64,000 nucleotides of DNA from a virus (taxonomy: Duplodnaviria > Caudoviricetes). The notes beneath the pieces are model-generated. The model was not told the origin of the DNA, made no database searches, and saw nothing but the letters and a program-made list of their open reading frames with translations. The translations under genes were made by a program, and so were the position numbers. Below, one piece after another: positions 1 through 9,468 of the stretch. Positions within the stretch are counted from its first letter, which is position 1. Each line of letters opens with the position of its first letter. The stretch lies in IMG/VR virus record IMGVR_UViG_3300042940_001591; one strand, written 5' to 3'.

Positions 1-1
1 A

Positions 2-106
2 ACTGAAACAACTGACTCAACTGCGGTTCAAGTAGACACTGCCGCAGTATCTGCGACAGATTCAACAACTGCACAAATTCCTGCAGACGGTTCATCCGTA
101 AAATAA
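2..106 (+). CDS. C-terminal end of a small Thr/Ala/Asp-rich protein (truncated at window edge)
   Basis: Frame reads TETTDSTAVQVDTAAVSATDSTTAQIPADGSSVK*, followed by a hairpin and T run at ~112-140. Confidence 0.5.
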   Translation, partial: TETTDSTAVQVDTAAVSATDSTTAQIPADGSSVK

Positions 107-161
107 AAATTGGGGTCGGTAACCAATCCGACCTTATTTTTAATTTTTAAATCTCTCTCCA

Positions 162-590
162 ATGGATACAAATACAGAAAAACAAGGCGATTTAATACTT
201 CTCAGAGGTATTCCTGGTTCGGGTAAAACAACATTTGCCAATGTTATATTACAACAACCAAATAACAACCCACAAGAAATATTGTCTGCAGATGATTTTT
301 TTGAGGATGAAAATGGTGAATATAATTTCGACCCAACAAAATTAAAAGAAGCACACAATTATTGTCAATTTAGATGTTCCGAAAGAATGAGACAACAAAA
401 AGTGAGAATTGTGGTTGCAAATACATTTACACAGGAGTGGGAAATGGATGAATATTTTAAAATGGCTGAAAGGTACAATTATAGGGTTCATACAATAATT
501 GTAGAGAATAGGCATGGTAATGAAAATATCCACGGAGTCCCAAAAGATAAACTTCAACAAATGAAGAATAGGTTTGAAATTAAATTATAG
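162..590 (+). CDS. P-loop kinase, AAA_33/polynucleotide kinase-like
   Basis: Walker A GIPGSGKT, SADDFF, VANTFT; adjacent to RNA ligase. Confidence 0.8.
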   Translation: MDTNTEKQGDLILLRGIPGSGKTTFANVILQQPNNNPQEILSADDFFEDENGEYNFDPTKLKEAHNYCQFRCSERMRQQKVRIVVANTFTQEWEMDEYFKMAERYNYRVHTIIVENRHGNENIHGVPKDKLQQMKNRFEIKL

Positions 591-836
591 ATGAGTCAAT
601 TTATTGAATCTTATTTTAAAATAATCTCACAAAAAAAAACAAAAATGAAATTTAGTTCACACTTATTTAAAAATCAATGGGCTGTATACCCATTACCTTT
701 TGCATATATCTATTTTGAAACATGTGAACCAGAATCACATAAAACATTACTTGAAAATAAAATATGTGCGGTGTACTTGTCTTTTAATTGGTTAAAATGG
801 ACTTACAATGTTGGATTTTATAAACCTATTAGATAA
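591..836 (+). CDS. hypothetical protein
   Basis: ORF abuts both neighbours. Confidence 0.5.
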   Translation: MSQFIESYFKIISQKKTKMKFSSHLFKNQWAVYPLPFAYIYFETCEPESHKTLLENKICAVYLSFNWLKWTYNVGFYKPIR

Positions 837-2044
837 TGTTGGAAATTTTACAGAAATACCATACTGATGGTTTGTTACATAAACAAACTCACCCAACTCT
901 TGATTTAACTATTTGGAATTATTCACCAAAAGTTCAGTATGAAAGATTATGGGATGAGATTACTTTGCAATGTCGTGGATTGGTAACCAACTCAAAAGGA
1001 AAAATTGTTGCAAGACCGTTTAAGAAATTCTTCAACTACGAAGAACATAAATCAGAAGACATCCCAAATGAAGATTATGTTGTCTATGAAAAAATGGATG
1101 GTTCTTTAGGTATTCTCTTTTATTACGAATACGAATTGAGTGATGAAAGGAGATACAACATATGGTTTAATAATAATTACGAAACGGGCATGGAAAGGTT
1201 TTTTGACCCGAACAACTTACCTGATTATGATAATTCATATTATGAACCAACACCAAAGACTAAGGGTGAATGGATAATGGCAACTCGTGGGTCATTCACA
1301 TCACCACAAGCAATTAAGGGAAAAGAAATTCTTGATAACAAATATGATGTAAGTTCTTTAAGTAAAAAAAGAACCTATTTGTTTGAGATTATTTATCCCG
1401 AAAATCGTATCGTTGTTAATTATGGTAATGAAGAAAAGTTAGTTCTTCTTGGTGTTATAGATACCGATAGTGGTGAGGAGTTACCCAATAGTTCAATATT
1501 TTTTATGCAAGAACAAGGTTTTGAAGTTGTAACAACGTACAAAACTTGGGGCGAAGGATATGACTTATTGAAAGAAGAAATATCTAAAGACAAGGAAGGT
1601 TATGTCATTCGTTTCAATAATGGTTTCCGTATGAAAATTAAAGGAGAAGAATATGTTAGACTTCACAAAATTTTAACCAACGTATCAAATAGAGATATAT
1701 GGGAATATTTGAAAGATAATAAACCATTTGATGAACTACTTGAAAAAGTTCCGGACGAATTTAATCAATGGGTTAAAGAAACTGTTCGAGATTTAAGATA
1801 TGCTTGTTTTCAACTAAGAGAACGTGCAGGTAAATTACATGATGGTTTTAGATATGGAAAATTTAATGACAGGGGCCCTGAGCCATCTAAAAAAGAATTT
1901 GCCGAATTTGTTATGAAACAACAAAAAGTTTTACATGCGATTATGTTCGCAATGTGGAATGGAAATAATGAAAAAGTCGATGACATAATTTGGAAAATAG
2001 TTAAACCAGAATATTCAAAACCATTTAAGAAAGATGAAAACTGA
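836..2044 (+). CDS. rnlA: T4 Rnl1-like RNA ligase
   Basis: Adenylation motif EKMDGS, CRGLV..ARPFKKFFN, ATRGSF, FEII, EGYV..MKIK. Confidence 0.85.
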   Translation: MLEILQKYHTDGLLHKQTHPTLDLTIWNYSPKVQYERLWDEITLQCRGLVTNSKGKIVARPFKKFFNYEEHKSEDIPNEDYVVYEKMDGSLGILFYYEYELSDERRYNIWFNNNYETGMERFFDPNNLPDYDNSYYEPTPKTKGEWIMATRGSFTSPQAIKGKEILDNKYDVSSLSKKRTYLFEIIYPENRIVVNYGNEEKLVLLGVIDTDSGEELPNSSIFFMQEQGFEVVTTYKTWGEGYDLLKEEISKDKEGYVIRFNNGFRMKIKGEEYVRLHKILTNVSNRDIWEYLKDNKPFDELLEKVPDEFNQWVKETVRDLRYACFQLRERAGKLHDGFRYGKFNDRGPEPSKKEFAEFVMKQQKVLHAIMFAMWNGNNEKVDDIIWKIVKPEYSKPFKKDEN

Positions 2045-2519
2045 GAAAAAAAGATTATACTTAGACGACGTTAGAACACCAATTGGAACTGATTGGGTTA
2101 TTATAAGAAATTATGAACATTTTGTTTCTACCATTAGATTATATGGGTTAGAAAATTTTGATGTTATTTCGTTAGACCATGATTTAGGTGATGAGTCTAT
2201 GATTGAGTACTATACAAATGTAAAAAATAATTATGTTTTAAATTATGACAACATAGTTAATGAAAAAACAGGATATGATTGTTGTAAATTTTTAGTGGCT
2301 GAAAGTATGTCCAAAAAGATACCCCTTCCCCAAATTTATGTTCATTCCGCAAATCCAATCGGTAGTGCTAATATGATGGGATATATTAATAATTATTTAA
2401 TGAACTGTGGTTTACCCCAAACCTGTATTAGGGTTAAAATTGAACACACAATAGACGAGCCAATGATACTTTCTCCAGAAGCCAGAAAAGCAAAATGGGA
2501 TAGAAGTAAGGAAAATTAA
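2034..2519 (+). CDS. cyclic-phosphate-processing receiver-like domain protein
   Basis: LYLDDVR, ISLDHDLG, TGYD, VHSANPIG motifs; RNA ligase neighbour. Confidence 0.65.
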   Translation: MKTEKKRLYLDDVRTPIGTDWVIIRNYEHFVSTIRLYGLENFDVISLDHDLGDESMIEYYTNVKNNYVLNYDNIVNEKTGYDCCKFLVAESMSKKIPLPQIYVHSANPIGSANMMGYINNYLMNCGLPQTCIRVKIEHTIDEPMILSPEARKAKWDRSKEN

Positions 2520-2570
2520 TTTTTATTTTAAAAAAAAATTATTTATATTACACTAACCAAATATTAGACA

Positions 2571-2921
2571 ATGGCTTACACAAAAAAAACAAGAACACCA
2601 TATAAAAAAATGTACATAAAGGGGAAATATGAAGATTTCACTGATTTTTATGATATTAATAAAAAATCAATTTATGAAAATATTTTGGAGGTTTTTTATG
2701 GTTTCAAAGACAATAAAAAAAGAGTATTAACACTTTATATTCAAGCGATTATACAAGGTTTGGAATGGGATACCGAGTTTAAATTTAATAGAACTGACAC
2801 AATTGTTTTAACAAGAGACGTATTACCGTATTTTGAAAGTATTGAGGATTATGAAAAATGTTCAGAAATAAAAAATTTATATGAAGTATTGACAAATAAA
2901 AAAGAATTGTCTATAATTTAA
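2571..2921 (+). CDS. hypothetical protein with C-terminal UVR-like motif
   Basis: EDYEKCSEIKNL. Confidence 0.5.
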   Translation: MAYTKKTRTPYKKMYIKGKYEDFTDFYDINKKSIYENILEVFYGFKDNKKRVLTLYIQAIIQGLEWDTEFKFNRTDTIVLTRDVLPYFESIEDYEKCSEIKNLYEVLTNKKELSII

Positions 2922-2991
2922 TTGTATCAGGAGAGAGGTACATTTTCATTTTTGTCACATCCCCGTTGGTTTTAATCATCGGGGATTTTTT

Positions 2992-4449
2992 TTATAGTAC
3001 CATTCTTGACCCTATTAAGAAATTACTTAACCAAGGTGAACCTGGAGATGTGTTTCCACTCAATTTGTAGTTAAAACTAAACCCAAATCGTTTACTCAAC
3101 TTGTAATCAAACGAACTACCTAATAAGAATCCCATATGTCGATTAACGGTGGACGTTCCTGCAACAGTGTTCCAAGATAATGGTGCAAACATTGTAAATA
3201 TTTGTGGAGACACCGTCAACTTTTTACTATATTGATATGGTTTAGTCCAAAAAGCGACTACCGATGACGACATGTTATAATCATAGTTATCTTTTTCATT
3301 TTTAAGAAATAAATTTATCAATCCTAAATTATAACCAAATACACCATGCTTTGGTGTTGGTTTAATATATGTATAACCTAATAAATTCATGTAGTTCCCA
3401 TTCAAATAAGCAAATGCGGTAGAATATGAGTGTATTGCTTTTAATTTACCTTCTGAGAAATCCATCTTAGTGTATCCACCACTAACAATAAATGTTTTTA
3501 GGTCACTCATAATAACCGTATTTGCGGAATAACTTTTATCCCCCATCAAGGATGATTTAGATACCCCAATAGTGGCCGATTGTAACCATCTACCGTCAGG
3601 TGATTCTATTGTTGATAAATCAGAAGATAATAACATAGGATTTGTTGCGACCGCCTTTTCTTTTTTCTTCTCTTCTTTTTTCTTTTCCTCTTCCTTCTTT
3701 TCTTCTTTAGATTCCTCTTTCTTTTCTTCTTTTTTCTCTTCCGATTTAGATTCCTCTTTCTTTTCTTCGGATTTACTTTCAGATTTAGATTCTTCTTTTG
3801 ATTCAGATTTACTTTCGGTTTTTGATTCTGACTTAGTCTCCGATTTAGTTTCGGTTTTTGTTTCTGTTTTAGTTTCAGAAGATGAGGATGATCCACCACT
3901 TGATGACGAACCACTTGATGAAGATGATGAACTTCCACTACTTGGTGGTGGAGGTGTTGATGAACTACTACTTGTTGGTGGTGGAGTAGTGGGTGGTGGT
4001 GTTGACGCGGCGGAACTTGCGGCAGCTGAACTTGCACTTGAACTAGCAGCAGAACTTGCCGATGATGATGCAGCACTACTTGCCGCACCACTTGCAGCAG
4101 AACTAGCGGCTGCAGATGCTGCCGATGCTGCAGCATTACTTGCGGTTTGTGCAGCCGCATTTGCTACCGTTTGTTGAACAATTGGATTATTAATTACAGG
4201 ACAAGTTAATGCCTCATATGTTGCTTTAGTTGTAAATAACCAAGTCTGTACAACTCCCGTTTGTACTTCCATAGGAGAAAATGTTCTTACTTGATTGTAA
4301 AAAGACACAGTAGCATTACCATTTATGATGGTTGTTGTTGCTATCTTTTTTTCACCACTACATTTATCAATAAATGTTTGAGTGTACGTTTGTCCAAAAG
4401 ATTTACCACAAAAAAACAATATTAGGAGAGAGATAATATATTTTTTCAT
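2992..4449 (-). CDS. exported protein with Ala/Ser/Pro and Glu/Lys low-complexity linker and probable C-terminal beta-barrel
   Basis: Signal peptide ..KSFG|Q; alternating aromatic beta-strand pattern in the C-terminal ~220 aa. Confidence 0.65.
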   Translation of the reverse strand: MKKYIISLLILFFCGKSFGQTYTQTFIDKCSGEKKIATTTIINGNATVSFYNQVRTFSPMEVQTGVVQTWLFTTKATYEALTCPVINNPIVQQTVANAAAQTASNAAASAASAAASSAASGAASSAASSSASSAASSSASSAAASSAASTPPPTTPPPTSSSSSTPPPPSSGSSSSSSSGSSSSGGSSSSSETKTETKTETKSETKSESKTESKSESKEESKSESKSEEKKEESKSEEKKEEKKEESKEEKKEEEKKKEEKKKEKAVATNPMLLSSDLSTIESPDGRWLQSATIGVSKSSLMGDKSYSANTVIMSDLKTFIVSGGYTKMDFSEGKLKAIHSYSTAFAYLNGNYMNLLGYTYIKPTPKHGVFGYNLGLINLFLKNEKDNYDYNMSSSVVAFWTKPYQYSKKLTVSPQIFTMFAPLSWNTVAGTSTVNRHMGFLLGSSFDYKLSKRFGFSFNYKLSGNTSPGSPWLSNFLIGSRMVL

Positions 4450-4450
4450 T

Positions 4451-5284
4451 TTAAAAATTGATACCTAAACCAAAGGTACCGTTACGAATTACCGGGTCAT
4501 AGTCATACTTTATTGTTATATTTTTGAAATCGTGTAATATTCCAACTTTAACAGTTGCGAATCTATCTTTATATTTTGGGAAAGTAATATATCCAATATC
4601 ATCTTTACCTCTCCACTTCACATCTTCCGTCACACTACCAATCATAAGGTGAATACCCGTTCTTTTAATCCTCTTACCAACACCAACATAGAAATTTCTT
4701 TGTTCTATCAAATCACTTACCATTGGAAAATCGACTTGTGTTATATTACCATAAGGAAAGAATGTTGAATTATCTCTTTCAAATGTTGAGTTATATTCAG
4801 CAATAAAATATGCTTTAGTCCCTATTGTAAAAAATCCACCAATCTGATTACCACCTGTTTTCTGAATACCAAAGCTGACGATTGGTCTCTTACCTTTAAT
4901 GGTGTCCAATTTTCCATTATCATAAACATACACTCTTGCAGGTTGTCTATAACCCCAATCGTTTAAGTAAAAGCCTGGGTTCCAAAAGTTCCAACCAAAT
5001 GCAGGTGCTCCCCACATATCCCATCTATTCCATCCCCATCCAAAATTATTCATTAACCATGGGTCTCTTACAATTATGTTTGAACCTGGTCTTGTTCTTA
5101 GAGGTCTATCATATCCATTTGATGGTGGTTGATTTCTCCAATTACTAACATCATTTCTTTGTGGAGTTGGTGGTTGTATTGATGGTGTTGACCTTTGAGG
5201 TGTAGGTGGATTACTTCTCCATGATGAGACTTGTCCTAACACGATAGTTGGGATAAGTAATAATAATATTAATAACGTTTTCAT
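4451..5284 (-). CDS. probable outer-membrane beta-barrel protein
   Basis: Signal peptide ..VLG|Q, Pro/Arg/Trp-rich N-terminus, C-terminal GLGINF (BAM-type signal). Confidence 0.65.
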   Translation of the reverse strand: MKTLLILLLLIPTIVLGQVSSWRSNPPTPQRSTPSIQPPTPQRNDVSNWRNQPPSNGYDRPLRTRPGSNIIVRDPWLMNNFGWGWNRWDMWGAPAFGWNFWNPGFYLNDWGYRQPARVYVYDNGKLDTIKGKRPIVSFGIQKTGGNQIGGFFTIGTKAYFIAEYNSTFERDNSTFFPYGNITQVDFPMVSDLIEQRNFYVGVGKRIKRTGIHLMIGSVTEDVKWRGKDDIGYITFPKYKDRFATVKVGILHDFKNITIKYDYDPVIRNGTFGLGINF

Positions 5285-5361
5285 ATGGTTATTCTTTTAT
5301 TATAAATATAAAAAAAGGAGGTTATTACACCTCCTTTTAAATAATTCTTAATGTAATTAAA

Positions 5362-6084
5362 CTATTTTGTGAATATTCCTTTTTTAATCATTCTATCAAG
5401 GATGTTAGCACATGCAATATCTAAAGCCTTTTTAGTTGCTATGGAAATTGTTGATTGATTAAATTTTATTGGGTCTACAGTTGCATCAGATAAAAGGGTT
5501 AACTCTCTTTTTGTGGTTGCCTCACCTAAACCCGATCCACCAAATACAACACCTGTTTCAGCATCTGTAAATCTAACCTGAAGACCTATACGAGTCACCA
5601 TATTGTCTTGTATACCATTTTTAAGGTTGATGGTTTCATCTTCCGACACCGAGTAATCATAACACTCAATAGTGACAAAATACTTTGCCAAATTTATTTT
5701 ACCACGACCATCTAATTTATTCTCGGAAATACCAGATTGGGATGCTTGGAATTGCTTTACCATACGATTCTTAATTTCTGTTTTATCCTCAGTAAATTTG
5801 AATCTGTTTAAGTTTTCAAGATATTCCATTGAAATATTAGCAACCCCCAAACCAACACGTTTTTCTTTTAGTTCAGGATACATTTCATACATCTCATCAG
5901 AAATTCCTGCCTTTAATATTTGAATTGGAATTTGTGGACCGTCGTAATCCATATAATCACTAATATCTCTTTTCTTTTCGAAGTCCGCCTTGTAGTCTTC
6001 TGTTTTAGTTTTACCTATTGTTTGTCCGTTAACAACAACAACGCTTAGTAAAAAAACGCTTAATAATGTTAATAATTTTTTCAT
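5362..6084 (-). CDS. CsgG/FlgO-like exported protein
   Basis: Signal peptide ..VNG|Q; GLGVANI..LENLNRF and RIGLQVRFTDAETG..SGLGEA pattern of CsgG-like folds. Confidence 0.6.
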   Translation of the reverse strand: MKKLLTLLSVFLLSVVVVNGQTIGKTKTEDYKADFEKKRDISDYMDYDGPQIPIQILKAGISDEMYEMYPELKEKRVGLGVANISMEYLENLNRFKFTEDKTEIKNRMVKQFQASQSGISENKLDGRGKINLAKYFVTIECYDYSVSEDETINLKNGIQDNMVTRIGLQVRFTDAETGVVFGGSGLGEATTKRELTLLSDATVDPIKFNQSTISIATKKALDIACANILDRMIKKGIFTK

Positions 6085-6094
6085 ACATTTTATC

Positions 6095-6262
6095 TTAACC
6101 CTTCCAATTTTTTGGGTGGGATTTTCTTTTAGGTGTGTTATTTATAATTTCTTCTACAACAACAATTTCCGGTTCAGGAATAACTTCCTCAACAACTGAA
6201 ACAATTTCAGGTTCCGTAATTATTTCTTCAATAACAGTAACAATTTCATTATTTTCTTCCAT
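6095..6262 (-). CDS. 55-aa acidic protein with three EIVxVxEE repeats (not in ORF track)
   Basis: Manual translation MEENNEIVTVIEEIITEPEIVSVVEEVIPEPEIVVVEEIINNTPKRKSHPKNWKG*. Confidence 0.55.
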   Translation of the reverse strand: MEENNEIVTVIEEIITEPEIVSVVEEVIPEPEIVVVEEIINNTPKRKSHPKNWKG

Positions 6263-6322
6263 TTTTAATTAATTTTTTAAATAAATTTTTATTAAAAAGG
6301 AGGGTTTTATCCCTCCTTAATA

Positions 6323-6571
6323 TTAACCTTCCATCTCATCTTTCTTTTTGTGAGAGAACTTATCCAAAGTGTCAGCACCCATTCCAATTCCCGTGATTAA
6401 CATCACTGCATTCACCAATTCAGGTGACGGGGCAAAATCCGCATGAGAGAACGAATTTAAAATCATCGTTATACATAGGAATAAAGCACCTATCATTGCT
6501 ATTACCGGTTTTACCGATATTGAACCTCTTTCATCTTTGAAGAGTTCGATTACCCATTGTTTAAAATTCAT
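6323..6571 (-). CDS. small two-TM membrane protein (holin-like topology)
   Basis: Two hydrophobic helices and a charged C-terminus. Confidence 0.55.
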   Translation of the reverse strand: MNFKQWVIELFKDERGSISVKPVIAMIGALFLCITMILNSFSHADFAPSPELVNAVMLITGIGMGADTLDKFSHKKKDEMEG

Positions 6572-6596
6572 TTTTGTCTTGTTTTAATTTTATTTA

Positions 6597-7226
6597 TTAT
6601 CCTTCCATATGCATTTCTGCATTTTCATCTTTTATTTTACCACACTTTAAACATTCCTCGATTCCGTCACCATCCAAGTCACCCCAAACGTGTTCACATT
6701 GTCTATGTGCAAAATACATATCAATTTTACCATCACCATCAAAATCTATACCATCCATTGTACCATCACCATCTTCATCAACTTCAACACCAGTTCTTGG
6801 TTGAACGGTTGGTACTTGTTCAAACGTATCATTTACCTTTTCTATTTTTGAGTTTTCAATAGCGGTTTGAAACTCCTCTGGTATGATTGGAGTGTTGTTT
6901 GGTGGAGTTGGTGGTAAATCGGCGGTATTGCTTAATGATGTGCCATCTTCTTCATCCATTTTCTGAACTAACATCTTATCCTTATCGGTATCACTAAACC
7001 AATAGTCAATTATTTTACCATAAGAACCGATGAAAGCTCCTAACAATAATAGAAGAAGTTCTTTCCATTCTCCTTCTATTGCTGATTTATTTAATATAGC
7101 AAAGAACATTCCTCCTATAATAAACATGAATCCACCCAATACCAATGCGGTGATGTACCATCTTCTGGCCATCATATTACTTAATAAATCTTTAAAACCA
7201 CTTGGTGGTTGTTTGTTTTCTGCCAT
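6597..7226 (-). CDS. two-TM protein with DxDGDG Ca-binding-like repeats and a C-terminal Cys/His cluster
   Basis: DEDGDGTMDGIDFDGDGKID; CEHVW..ECLKC. Confidence 0.6.
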   Translation of the reverse strand: MAENKQPPSGFKDLLSNMMARRWYITALVLGGFMFIIGGMFFAILNKSAIEGEWKELLLLLLGAFIGSYGKIIDYWFSDTDKDKMLVQKMDEEDGTSLSNTADLPPTPPNNTPIIPEEFQTAIENSKIEKVNDTFEQVPTVQPRTGVEVDEDGDGTMDGIDFDGDGKIDMYFAHRQCEHVWGDLDGDGIEECLKCGKIKDENAEMHMEG

Positions 7227-7228
7227 TT

Positions 7229-7507
7229 TTATTTATTTTTTTTTAAAAGAGATTTTATATCACAATAACAGGAATTAGCACCGTGAGCTATTGCCATTAG
7301 TATCCACATTAAAGTCATTTCACCCAAACCCAAAATGGTTTTAGGAGTATCACTACTTAATGTGTTTGGTGAACAATGTGTTATTGATTGTATTGGTTCG
7401 TAAAAATAGATCGCTAATCCTAAAAAAATTATAGAAACCCAATATCTTAGTATGTAGTATTTTATATTATTCATATTATTATTATTTTTTATCTTTTCCA
7501 AGACCAT
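7229..7507 (-). CDS. small membrane protein
   Basis: Two hydrophobic segments. Confidence 0.5.
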   Translation of the reverse strand: MVLEKIKNNNNMNNIKYYILRYWVSIIFLGLAIYFYEPIQSITHCSPNTLSSDTPKTILGLGEMTLMWILMAIAHGANSCYCDIKSLLKKNK

Positions 7508-7644
7508 CCCTTTTTTCTACCTCTTATTAATAAATAACTACAACCCCCAATAAAAAATGTTAAAAACATCGATTGGGAATTAAATACAAACATAGCTATC
7601 ATACATAATACGATTACCGCTATAAAACTTAATCCCTGTTCCAT
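7489..7644 (-). CDS. 51-aa two-TM protein (not in ORF track)
   Basis: Manual translation MEQGLSFIAVIVLCMIAMFVFNSQSMFLTFFIGGCSYLLIRGRKKGWSWKR*. Confidence 0.5.
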   Translation of the reverse strand: MEQGLSFIAVIVLCMIAMFVFNSQSMFLTFFIGGCSYLLIRGRKKGWSWKR

Positions 7645-7653
7645 TTTAAATTT

Positions 7654-7965
7654 TTACCATTTAGGAGCCTCTTCTTTAAACTCATCACCTTCTTTCTTTT
7701 TTACAGGAGCTGGTTTTTCTTTAACTGTTTCTTTTTCTTTAATAATTACAGTCTTACCACCACCCGCCGATTGTTGTTGAGTTTGTGAATTTGTAATGTT
7801 TATTACTGGTGCCGCTTGTTGTGGTGCCGGTTCTGCTTTATCACCACCACCTAAAAGTGTTGATAACCATACTCCCGCCGCGGTCACTAATGTTCCTGCA
7901 ACCCCAATTATTGTCTTTTTTAAACCCGACCAAGTTCCTTCTGATTGTTCTACTTCTTCTGACAT
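7654..7965 (-). CDS. single-TM protein
   Basis: N-terminal TM, Lys-rich tail. Confidence 0.55.
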   Translation of the reverse strand: MSEEVEQSEGTWSGLKKTIIGVAGTLVTAAGVWLSTLLGGGDKAEPAPQQAAPVINITNSQTQQQSAGGGKTVIIKEKETVKEKPAPVKKKEGDEFKEEAPKW

Positions 7966-8003
7966 TGTATTTGTTTTTAGTTTTTTAGTTTATTTTATTA
8001 ATA

Positions 8004-8723
8004 TTACGCACCCAATGCTTTACTGAATCCATTAGGACAAGTTCTAGTACATATCAAATCTGCTATAATAGGTGCTACTGCAGTTCCGATTGCAATACCA
8101 ACTCCAGCAGGGGTAGCCCATAATGCCGCCGAATCTAAACTATGATAGATACAATTTGAACATACGTTTCTTAATAATTCTGAATCAATATTTTCACCAA
8201 CACCAGGTATTGATAAAAATCCATCTGCCACTATTACACCCATTGCCGTTGATACCGCCATTTTAGCTGCCGTATCTGCAATGTAAAGAACAGGCGTAGC
8301 CATCAACGATAATGTAGTTGAAGTTGCCGCTCCAGCAGGTTGCGCTGGTGTAAATGCCGCAACAACACCGGCAGAGATTAGTGCGGTTATTGCTATATTA
8401 CAAGCGTTTTCGTCCGCCCAGTTATATGCCATCACAGCACCATCTTTTACCACTTCATATCCCTCTTTAACACCAGATTCTATTTGATTTCCAACATTAA
8501 TAAGTACCGGCATAACTTCTTCTTCCCATTCTCTACCTACCACATCTTCAACTCTATGATTTATTTCAGGATGGTCGTGAATGTATCTTATTGCTTTATT
8601 GGTTAATCCCCACGTATCACACGCCGAACAAGGTCCATCTCCTCCGAATCCATACCATCTTACATAGTTATCACCACAATCCGAGCGATGATAAACAACT
8701 CCGTCTCCGTTTCTGTCTGCCAT
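8004..8723 (-). CDS. Cys-rich protein with long Ala/Gly-rich hydrophobic helices, no signal peptide
   Basis: ORF track; composition. Confidence 0.55.
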   Translation of the reverse strand: MADRNGDGVVYHRSDCGDNYVRWYGFGGDGPCSACDTWGLTNKAIRYIHDHPEINHRVEDVVGREWEEEVMPVLINVGNQIESGVKEGYEVVKDGAVMAYNWADENACNIAITALISAGVVAAFTPAQPAGAATSTTLSLMATPVLYIADTAAKMAVSTAMGVIVADGFLSIPGVGENIDSELLRNVCSNCIYHSLDSAALWATPAGVGIAIGTAVAPIIADLICTRTCPNGFSKALGA

Positions 8724-8740
8724 AATTTTTGTTTTTTAAT

Positions 8741-9121
8741 TTATTGTATTTTATTGAAATCTGTTATTCCTAATTGTTTATTGTTAGAATCGAATAACCC
8801 TATTCTATATGCTGATGATGGTAACGCGTTAGTGTATACCTTTAAAAGATTATCACCGGCAACTACATTCATCGTTTCTTTAGATACTACTCTGTTTGAA
8901 ATGTCGAATATTTTAACCGTCACTGAACCCGCAGTTTCGGTTTTAACATTCATTGCCACCTCAGAGGTTACAAAAACAGTTTGTAATTTAATACCGACTG
9001 AATTTGTCATTTTAAGATCTTCCGATATCGATTGAGGGGCTGGTAAAATGTCATCTTTGTAACATCCTGTTAAAATTGTGGATAATAACACCATTGAGAG
9101 AATTTTTTTCATTTTTGTCAT
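8741..9121 (-). CDS. lipoprotein with T9SS-CTD-like Ig fold
   Basis: Lipobox ILTGC; VTVKIFDISNRVVSKE..LPSSAYRIGL. Confidence 0.55.
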   Translation of the reverse strand: MTKMKKILSMVLLSTILTGCYKDDILPAPQSISEDLKMTNSVGIKLQTVFVTSEVAMNVKTETAGSVTVKIFDISNRVVSKETMNVVAGDNLLKVYTNALPSSAYRIGLFDSNNKQLGITDFNKIQ

Positions 9122-9123
9122 TT

Positions 9124-9468
9124 TTAATTTACTATTATTTTTGTTTTTTTCAATTCATTTCCATCCACACCTTTAAGTACTAAATATAAATATCCTTTAG
9201 GTAGGGAATTGGTATAAATCTTCTTCACATTTTCACCATTTTGTCCAATAAATTTTTCTCGACTAATAACTTGATTTGTTGTCACATCTATTAAGGTCAA
9301 TGTATACGTACCTGCGGAGGGTAAATCAAAATAGATAGATTGTCCGTTTGTTACCTTACTTTCTGTTACATTAAAGATATTATCTTTCGCAACCACCTCG
9401 GGCATCGGTAATTCGGGTTTAACACATCCCGTTAATAAAATAAATGATATTAATATTAATTTTTTCAT
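9124..9468 (-). CDS. lipoprotein with T9SS-CTD-like Ig fold (paralog of 8741-9121)
   Basis: Lipobox LLTGC; YTLTLID..LPKGYLYLVL..KTKIIVN. Confidence 0.55.
   Translation of the reverse strand: MKKLILISFILLTGCVKPELPMPEVVAKDNIFNVTESKVTNGQSIYFDLPSAGTYTLTLIDVTTNQVISREKFIGQNGENVKKIYTNSLPKGYLYLVLKGVDGNELKKTKIIVN

Noticed and set aside
3572-4177. Shadow ORFs 3572-4177 (+) and 3606-4160 (-)
   Set aside because: Artefacts of the low-complexity linker in 2992-4449
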